Made by a program: the position numbers and the translations under genes. DNA of 64,000 bases from an uncultured delta proteobacterium. Its GTDB lineage: Bacteria > Myxococcota > UBA727 > VGSZ01. The notes under the pieces were generated by a model. The model saw only the letters and a program-made list of their open reading frames with translations. It was not told the DNA's origin and searched no databases. The stretch is taken from NCBI GenBank assembly GCA_963775425.1, contig CAVZJB010000002.1:64001-128000 (forward strand), written 5' to 3'. Shown here in pieces: positions 56,503-64,000 of the stretch (its first letter is position 1; the number at the start of each line of letters is the position of its first letter).

Positions 56503-58209
56503 TCAGGGGATGACGCCGTCGTAGGCGCGGTGGGCGCGTACGGTGCCGATCGGCGTGGTCGCGGGCAGGGCGGCGGTGTCGACCGCGGCGCCGTCCTTGT
56601 CGAGGGCCAACAGCACGAAGCGCACGACGCCGCCGTCGTGGCTCGAGGCCGCGACACCCTGGAGCGCGAGCGGGGCGTCGGCACAGACGCGCGAGATGGG
56701 TTGGAAGTCGACGCCGTCGACGCTGCCTTCGGCGGTGGCGCACAGGCCGCCGTCCTCGACGACCAGGCGGCCCCAGGGCACGCTCTCCTCGTCGACGGTG
56801 TTCGGGGGCGCGAGGTCCGCGCGCGTCACCGTCGTCCCGCCGCCCGCCGTCGTGCGGCTCTGTGCGCGCAAGGGCTCGTTGTCCGCCGGGCGGCACACGG
56901 CGACGTACGGCGCGCCCGCCCCCGTCGACGCGCGCGCCATCAGGCAGACCTTGGCGAACTCCTGCACGTGGCTGTTCTCCGTCGACAACAGCGCCGTCCA
57001 TGTGGCGGCGAGGGTCCCGTCGGCGAGGTCGTCGTGGAGGAACACGAAGTCGTCGCTCGTGCCCTCGATGTCGCCGGAGTCGACCTCCACCGCGAGCGCG
57101 CGCAGGTCCTCCGCGCGGCCGGCGCAGTCGGCGGCGGTGAAGCACGAAAACGGAAAGCCGTTCGCCTGGTGCGTCGTCGCGAACAGGTCCCGGTTCAGGT
57201 TGACCTTGTCCGTCGCGAGGATGGCGATGTCGTCGGCGAGGACGCCGTCCCACGTGCCCGCGTCGTTGACGCCGAACGCGCGCGCGACGAGGCCGGCGGC
57301 GTGCACGCCGCTCGCGAGCGCGCGGTCGCCGGCGTCGACGTTCAGGAACACCACGCCCGGCCGCGCGTCGTACGCGGCCAGGCCGCACGTGGTGTCGAGC
57401 TGCGGGGCGACGAACGCGTCGCGGGAGGCGCCGTCGTCGTCGCCGACGTAGGCGTCGAGGGCGCCGCCGAGGCCGCAGGCGCGGCCGCCGGTGAGGACGG
57501 CGAGGAACTTCCCGCGCAGCTCGACGTCGGTGGGCCAGCCGCACGACGTCGTCACCGCGTCCCTCAAGGACGTCGCCGCCGGGCAGCGCTCGAGGAGCGC
57601 GCGCGCCGGGAACAGCGCGTCGCCGAGCCCGCCCTCGAGCGCGGCGTCGAGGTCGTCGGTGCCGTGGCCGTCGGCGGCCGTGAAGGCGCTCTTGACGTCG
57701 ACGAAGATGGTGATCGGCTCGTGGTTCGGCGCCGCGCGATGAAACGCCATCAGGTTGCCGAGGCAGTCCGACAGGCGGTGGCAGGTGGTCCCCGTGTCGT
57801 TGTTGTCGTGGAACACGAACCACTCGCCCGGCGTCGTCGTGAAGCCGCTCTTGTCCCGGTGGATGTCGAGCTCCAGGCTCCTGACGTCGTGGTAGCCGAG
57901 CATGTCGACCAGCGCCTCGTCGCGCTGGAACGCGTTGTGCGCCGACTTCTGGATGAGCGCGTCGTAGGGCACCCCAAGGTCACCTTCACCTTCGCCCTCG
58001 CCTTCACCTTCGCCCTCGCCTTCACCCTCGCCCTCGCCCTCGCCCTCGCCCTCGCCCTCGCCTTCACCTTCGCCTTCGCCCTCGCCCTCGCCTTCGCCTT
58101 CGCCCTCGCCGGCGGCGGGCGTGCCGGGGCACCCGGCCGCGGTGACGACGGCGACGGCGAGGGGGAAGGCCAGGGGGACGGCGAGCACCAGGGCGAGCGA
58201 CGCGCGCAT
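56503..58209 (-). CDS. Lipoprotein, PI-specific phospholipase C-like (PLC/GDPD fold), with (GE)n linker and C-terminal beta-sandwich
   Basis: Lipobox AAGC; SAHNAFQ, RSLELDIH, VFH, HEPITIFVDVK, WPT..LRGKF, ILATD. Confidence 0.8.
   Translation of the reverse strand: MRASLALVLAVPLAFPLAVAVVTAAGCPGTPAAGEGEGEGEGEGEGEGEGEGEGEGEGEGEGEGEGEGEGEGEGEGDLGVPYDALIQKSAHNAFQRDEALVDMLGYHDVRSLELDIHRDKSGFTTTPGEWFVFHDNNDTGTTCHRLSDCLGNLMAFHRAAPNHEPITIFVDVKSAFTAADGHGTDDLDAALEGGLGDALFPARALLERCPAATSLRDAVTTSCGWPTDVELRGKFLAVLTGGRACGLGGALDAYVGDDDGASRDAFVAPQLDTTCGLAAYDARPGVVFLNVDAGDRALASGVHAAGLVARAFGVNDAGTWDGVLADDIAILATDKVNLNRDLFATTHQANGFPFSCFTAADCAGRAEDLRALAVEVDSGDIEGTSDDFVFLHDDLADGTLAATWTALLSTENSHVQEFAKVCLMARASTGAGAPYVAVCRPADNEPLRAQSRTTAGGGTTVTRADLAPPNTVDEESVPWGRLVVEDGGLCATAEGSVDGVDFQPISRVCADAPLALQGVAASSHDGGVVRFVLLALDKDGAAVDTAALPATTPIGTVRAHRAYDGVIP
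57979..58110 (-). repeat. 6-bp tandem repeat encoding about 21 GE dipeptides
   Basis: GGCGAG/GGCGAA/GGTGAA units. Confidence 0.9.
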
Positions 58210-58318
58210 CGCGCGAGCATAGCCCGCGCGGTGGAAGGCCCGGTCCGCGCGTCGCCCGAGGACGAACGGGGCCGCGCGCTGCTCCGCGTGCGCGCGCCGC
58301 GTCGTCGCTCCGGTTGCG

Positions 58319-58882
58319 CTACAGCGACTCGTAGTGGGCGCGGGCGACGGGCTGGGCCTGCAGCCAGCGCAGGGCGTAGTCGACGAACGCCTCGGCGAGG
58401 GTCTCGGCTTCCCCGTGCTCGACGGCGCCGCTCTTCACCAGGCGCTCGAAGGTGGCCACGCGCTCGGTGACCTCGTAGAGGCGGCGGCGGTCGAGGGGGC
58501 CGGAGGTGTTGTCGTTGAACCAGAGGATGAGCTGCTCGACCATGTCGAGCGACCACGGCCTCGTCGACAGCGGCGCGTACTGCGGGTGCTCCGCGAGCCA
58601 TTGGTAGCCGCGCGCGATGAAGGTGCGCGCCAGGGGCATGGCGTCTTCCTCGACGCCGCCGCCCTCGACGCGGTGGACGAAGCGCAGGAAGTCGCGGACG
58701 TGTTTGCGGATGCCGTCGTCGTCGTAGGGCGGCACGCGGTCGATCTCGTGGAACGCGAGCACGGCGCGGCCGACCATGGCCTTGGTCCAACGCCCGTCGA
58801 CCGGGCCGTTCGGCGCGCGCAGGACGGGTGACACCCGCTCCGCCGCCGCGACCGCCCTCGACTTTGCCGCGTGCTTGGCCAT
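58319..58882 (-). CDS. Hypothetical helical protein
   Basis: 187-aa ORF with internal similarity (LARTFIARGYQWLAEHP / LAEAFVDYALRWLQAQP). Confidence 0.68.
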   Translation of the reverse strand: MAKHAAKSRAVAAAERVSPVLRAPNGPVDGRWTKAMVGRAVLAFHEIDRVPPYDDDGIRKHVRDFLRFVHRVEGGGVEEDAMPLARTFIARGYQWLAEHPQYAPLSTRPWSLDMVEQLILWFNDNTSGPLDRRRLYEVTERVATFERLVKSGAVEHGEAETLAEAFVDYALRWLQAQPVARAHYESL

Positions 58883-58898
58883 GGGGAGTTGTACCGCC

Positions 58899-59999
58899 TC
58901 AGCGGAGCTTGAGGGGCCCGATCGACTCGGTGATCGCGCCCGGCCCGCCTGTGCGCTCGACGTAGAATTCGCGCACACGGTTGGGATCGACGTCGGGCGC
59001 GTTCACCGTGAGCGGACCGAGGGGGATGAAGCCCGTGTACGCCCACCCGGACGTGGCGTCCTGCCCGAGGCTCAGCCGGGCGAAGCGCTCGCCACGGTGG
59101 GCTTCGATGACGCTGCCCTTCTTCCACGACAGCGAGCCGTCGTTCGCGCGCCCGAAGGTCCTGCGGATGGCACCCGCATGCGCGGCAGACACGTGGTGCT
59201 CCTTGCGCCCGCCGGTGACCGCACCGCCGCCGTCCTCGTTGTCGGACGGGTACTTCATCGAGGTCATGGTGTGACCGGGCGGCGACGACGACGTCCCCGG
59301 GTCTTCCTCGTCGGACGGGTACTTGATGGTGAGCCGCGGGAACATGCCGAGCGCGTGTGCGGCGCCGGCGATCTCCGGCAGCGGCGCCGCCAACCACGCG
59401 CGCAGCTCCTCGAGCTCGACGCGCTTGAGCGGCATCGTCCTGGCGTGCGCGATGAGCCGCTCGAGCTCGGCCGACGCGTCGTGCAGCTCGCGCTCGGCGG
59501 CGCGCAGCTCGCGGGTCGCGGACTTCGCGGCGTGGTCCGCGAGGCGAATGACCTGGGCCTTGGCGTGGTGCACGTCGGCGGCGGCGGCGTCCAGCCACGC
59601 GTGCACCTGCGCGAGGCCCCCGCGCACCGCGCGCGATCCTCCTCCGCGGACGAGCTGCTGCAGCCGCGCCCGGGCGCGCTTGAGCTTGTCGCCGGCGTCG
59701 GCGGCCTCCTCGCGTGCGGCCAGCCGGGCCTCGAGGGCGCGGGTGCCGGCGGACGATTTGCGCCCGGCGCCCTTGACGAAATCGACCAGGACCTGGCGCG
59801 CCTTCTCCGAGAGGTGGGTGGCGTCCTTGCCGTCGAGGAAGCGCTGGACGATGGCGGCGCCGTCGTCGGCCTCGCCGAGCTCCTTCAGGGCCTTTTCGGC
59901 TTCGGTCTTGGTGATGGTCGCCCGGCCCTGGGAGCGCGTCCGCCGCGCGGCCTTGAGGGAGGTGGCGAAGGCGGTCTCGGGGGCGACGGGGCGGGGCAT
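58899..59999 (-). CDS. Hypothetical protein with coiled-coil and two (T/S)xKYPSDxED motifs
   Basis: LTIKYPSDEED and TSMKYPSDNED; C-terminal FYVERTGG domain. Confidence 0.72.
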   Translation of the reverse strand: MPRPVAPETAFATSLKAARRTRSQGRATITKTEAEKALKELGEADDGAAIVQRFLDGKDATHLSEKARQVLVDFVKGAGRKSSAGTRALEARLAAREEAADAGDKLKRARARLQQLVRGGGSRAVRGGLAQVHAWLDAAAADVHHAKAQVIRLADHAAKSATRELRAAERELHDASAELERLIAHARTMPLKRVELEELRAWLAAPLPEIAGAAHALGMFPRLTIKYPSDEEDPGTSSSPPGHTMTSMKYPSDNEDGGGAVTGGRKEHHVSAAHAGAIRRTFGRANDGSLSWKKGSVIEAHRGERFARLSLGQDATSGWAYTGFIPLGPLTVNAPDVDPNRVREFYVERTGGPGAITESIGPLKLR

Positions 60000-60128
60000 C
60001 ACGGGTTGTTCTAGCGCGCGCGCGGGGTGTTTGGCGCCACTGGACAAACACCGGGGCGCGCGGGATCTTTCGCGTTCCTAGGGGGCCGCAGGGCCCGTAC
60101 ACGCGCTCGCGTAGTTGGGAAAGAAGAC

Positions 60129-60422
60129 ATGGCGAACAACGACAACAACCGTCTCTACGTCGGAAACCTCCCCTTCAAGACCACCGATGACGACCTCGGG
60201 AGTCTCTTCAGCTCCTTCGGCACCGTGGGTCGCGCTTCGGTGGTGACCGACCGAGAGACCGGCCGCTCGCGCGGCTTCGGCTTCGTCGAGATGGGGACCC
60301 CCGACGAGGCGCAGGCGGCCATCTCCGCGCTCGACGGCAAGCCGTTCGAGGGGCGCAACCTCCAGGTGAACGTCGCGCGCCCGCGCGAGGATCGCCCCCG
60401 CCGCGGCCCCGGACGCTTCTGA
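60129..60422 (+). CDS. RRM (RNP-1) RNA-binding protein
   Basis: LYVGNL (RNP2), RGFGFVEM (RNP1), [10 protein letters not shown]. Confidence 0.95.
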   Translation: MANNDNNRLYVGNLPFKTTDDDLGSLFSSFGTVGRASVVTDRETGRSRGFGFVEMGTPDEAQAAISALDGKPFEGRNLQVNVARPREDRPRRGPGRF

Positions 60423-60446
60423 GCCGCGTCCTCGCTGTGAAGAAAG

Positions 60447-60471
60447 AGCGCCCCGACGAGGGGCGCTTTTT
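60447..60471 (+). terminator. Intrinsic terminator
   Basis: AGCGCCCC-GACGA-GGGGCGCT followed by TTTT. Confidence 0.8.
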
Positions 60472-60518
60472 CGTGCCGCCGCGTCCCGTGAAGATGTCGG
60501 TAACGCCGCTCCGCGCAG

Positions 60519-61655
<1,137 letters not shown>

Positions 61656-61794
61656 GTGACGAGCATAGCTCCGGGGCAACGGCGATGGATGGCCCATCCT
61701 CCCAACGTCCGTGGGGTAACGTGCGCGCGAGGCCTCCCGCAGGGAAGGCGCGCGAGAGAGAGAGACGGCCGGAGGGCACGTGGACGAGCGGGAG

Positions 61795-62265
61795 ATGATC
61801 ATTCACAAGGACACCGTCAGCGTGGAGCTGTGCTCCACGCACGGCGCGCAGTCCCGCGGCGAGGTGTTCCTGCGGCCGCCCCAGGAGGGGACCGACCGCG
61901 GCGAGCGGCTGCTCGACGTCCTGGCCGAGCGCTGGTTCGTCCCGCTCAAGACACCGGAGCGGCTCACCTTCGTGGCAACACGCCACATCGCGTGGGCGCG
62001 CATCGACCTGCTCGCGGCCATCGACGAGCTCGATCCCGAGGCCGAGGACGACGAGAGCAGTTGCACCGCCACCGTCGTCGTCGAGCTCAACTTCGGCGCC
62101 AAGCTCGAGGGCGTCGTGCGCTACGCGCTGCCGCACCCGATGCGGCGGCTGGGCGACTACCTCGAGCGGCTGCCGTCGTTCTTCCCGCTCAGGACGGACG
62201 ACTGGCTTTACCTGGTGAGCTCCACCTGCGTCTCGTCGGTGACGCCGCTCGAGGAGAAACGCTGA
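61795..62265 (+). CDS. DUF6812-like protein (two tandem small beta domains)
   Basis: RGEVFL..ERLLDVL..FVPL repeated as EGVV..RRLGDYL..FFPL; stop overlaps the pilT start. Confidence 0.65.
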   Translation: MIIHKDTVSVELCSTHGAQSRGEVFLRPPQEGTDRGERLLDVLAERWFVPLKTPERLTFVATRHIAWARIDLLAAIDELDPEAEDDESSCTATVVVELNFGAKLEGVVRYALPHPMRRLGDYLERLPSFFPLRTDDWLYLVSSTCVSSVTPLEEKR

Positions 62266-63911
62266 TGTTCCGCGCCATCGACCGCTTCGTCGCTGCCATT
62301 CGCCGCGGGGAGGGCGAGGAGATCATCTTCGCCACGGGCCAGCCCGTGCGTGCGCGCAGCGGCGCGCAGGTGCGCGTGCTCCTCGCGCAGCCCGTCCGCT
62401 CCGACCAGATCCAGAGCATCCTGCAGGAGGTGGTGCCGCGCAGCATCGACCGCGGCTTCACCCTCGACGGCGACGCCACCTTCACCTTCGACGCGCCCGG
62501 CGGCCCGGTCACGGTGCACCTGCGCCGTCACCAGGGGCGGCTCGACGCCGTGCTGCGCCCCGCCCCGGAGACGCCGTCGCCGCCGCCGGCGCCGGCGCCG
62601 TCGGCGTCCTCGTCGCCGTCCTCCGCGCCGTCCTCCTCGTTGGGGGCGTCGCCGTCGTCCTCGCCGCCGCCGCCGTCGGTGGCGCGCTCGCCGTCGCCGT
62701 CGTGGTCGTCGACGCCGCAAGCGGCTCCCGCGTCGCCGGCGGCGCAGGCGCCTGCCGCCCCATCCCAGCTCGAGCAGGGGCCGCCGCGCAGCGACACGCG
62801 GCCGGTGCCGGCGTTTGCGCCCGGGCGCAAGCAGATCGATCCGCTTTTGCACGCGCTCGTCGCGCAGAAGGCGAGCGACCTGCACCTCACGGCCAACATG
62901 CAGCCGCGCATGCGCAAGGACGGCGACATCGGGCTGCTGCCGGGCTTCGAGCAGCCGCTGTCGCCGGACACCATCCGCAGCATGTTGATGGAGCTCGCCA
63001 CCGCGCCGTCACGCGAGAAGTTCGAAAAGACCAACGACGCCGACTTCGCGTACGAGATCGAAGGCCTCGCGCGCTTCCGCGTGAACGCCTTCAAGGATCG
63101 CCGCGGCGTCAGCGGCGTCTTGCGCGTCATCCCGTCGAAGATCTTGACGGCCGACGAGCTCGGCCTGCCGCGCGCGGTGCGCGAGATGTGCTCGCTGCAC
63201 AAGGGCCTCGTGCTCGTCACCGGGCCCACCGGCTCCGGCAAGTCCACCACGCTCGCGGCGATGATCGACCTCATCAACGGCGCCCGCAACGACCACATCA
63301 TCACCATCGAAGACCCCGTCGAGTTCGTGCACCACACGCGGGGGTGCCTGGTGAACCAGCGCGAGGTGCACGTCGACACGGTCAGCTACGCGGCGGCGTT
63401 GCGCGCGGCGTTGCGCGAGGACCCCGACATCGTCCTCGTCGGCGAGCTGCGCGACCTCGAGACCGTCGCCATCGCCATCGAGACCGCGGAGACCGGCCAC
63501 CTGGTGTTCGGCACGCTGCACACCACCACGGCGCCGTCCACCATCGACCGCATCATCGACCAGTTCCCCTCGGACCGGCAGTCGCAGATCCGCGTGATGC
63601 TCTCGGAGAGCCTGCGCGGCGTCGTCGCGCAGACCTTGTGCAAGAAGGTCGGCGGCGGCCGCTGCGCCGCACTCGAGATCCTCGTGTGCAACACCGCGGT
63701 CGCGAACTTGATCCGCGAGGCAAAGACGTTTCAGATCCCGAGCTTGATGCAGACGCAGAAGCAGATCGGGATGCAGACGCTGAACGACGCGCTCTTCACG
63801 CTGGTGAAGGACGGCGCCGTCGCCCCCGACGAGGCCTTCCACAAGGCCGTCGACCGCACCGGCTTCAAGATGATGCTCGACCGCGCGCAGATCAAGCTGG
63901 GGGCGCATTGA
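62265..63911 (+). CDS. pilT: Type IV pilus retraction ATPase PilT with an extra N-terminal PilT-N-like domain
   Basis: ASDLHL, ARFRVNAF, GPTGSGKSTT, TIEDPVE, ALREDPD, GHLVFGTLHT, AVANLIRE, GMQTL. Confidence 0.92.
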   Translation: MFRAIDRFVAAIRRGEGEEIIFATGQPVRARSGAQVRVLLAQPVRSDQIQSILQEVVPRSIDRGFTLDGDATFTFDAPGGPVTVHLRRHQGRLDAVLRPAPETPSPPPAPAPSASSSPSSAPSSSLGASPSSSPPPPSVARSPSPSWSSTPQAAPASPAAQAPAAPSQLEQGPPRSDTRPVPAFAPGRKQIDPLLHALVAQKASDLHLTANMQPRMRKDGDIGLLPGFEQPLSPDTIRSMLMELATAPSREKFEKTNDADFAYEIEGLARFRVNAFKDRRGVSGVLRVIPSKILTADELGLPRAVREMCSLHKGLVLVTGPTGSGKSTTLAAMIDLINGARNDHIITIEDPVEFVHHTRGCLVNQREVHVDTVSYAAALRAALREDPDIVLVGELRDLETVAIAIETAETGHLVFGTLHTTTAPSTIDRIIDQFPSDRQSQIRVMLSESLRGVVAQTLCKKVGGGRCAALEILVCNTAVANLIREAKTFQIPSLMQTQKQIGMQTLNDALFTLVKDGAVAPDEAFHKAVDRTGFKMMLDRAQIKLGAH

Positions 63912-64000
63912 CGACGTCCGCGCGCTTCTCGCTCGCCGCCGCGCTCGCCGCCGCCGGGTGCGCCACGCCGCACCTCGACGATCCGCCGATGGCCGTGGAG
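63908..64000 (+). CDS. Probable lipoprotein (3' truncated by window edge)
   Basis: TTG overlaps the pilT stop: MTTSARFSLAAALAAAGCATPHLDD.. with lipobox AAGC. Confidence 0.5.
   Translation, partial: MTTSARFSLAAALAAAGCATPHLDDPPMAVE

Overview
This is a very GC-rich, gene-dense bacterial chromosome segment. Its gene content (DUF4215 Cys-rich lipoproteins, Ser/Thr kinase, sigma-54 regulators, PilT, (GE)n lipoproteins) points to Myxococcota/'Deltaproteobacteria'; that placement is inference. About 50 CDS are supported. Housekeeping and metabolic genes include an OYE oxidoreductase, a fused XdhA-XdhB, xseB-ispA, an rlmI-like methyltransferase, sahR-ahcY, tolRAB, dnaX, rpmB, a ferredoxin, an RRM protein and pilT. 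They are mixed with many secreted or lipoprotein orphans. I found no rRNA, tRNA, CRISPR array or transposase. The most notable observations are: (1) a complete candidate -1 frameshift cassette in dnaX with a non-canonical C-CCU-UUA heptamer; (2) a TonB receptor/binding protein/kinase/sigma-54 activator operon facing a sigma-54 promoter, a palindromic UAS and acidic lipoprotein genes; (3) microviridin/marinostatin-like TxKYPSD cores embedded in a large orphan protein; (4) a circularly permuted pyroglutamyl peptidase; (5) a lipoprotein with a fibrinogen-like domain resembling a sponge-expanded family; (6) a pervasive TAnnnT-N6-start signature suggesting leaderless mRNAs; (7) two small dispersed repeat families. 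Three single-base frameshifts are probably assembly indels. All family assignments come from motif recognition by eye, not database searches.
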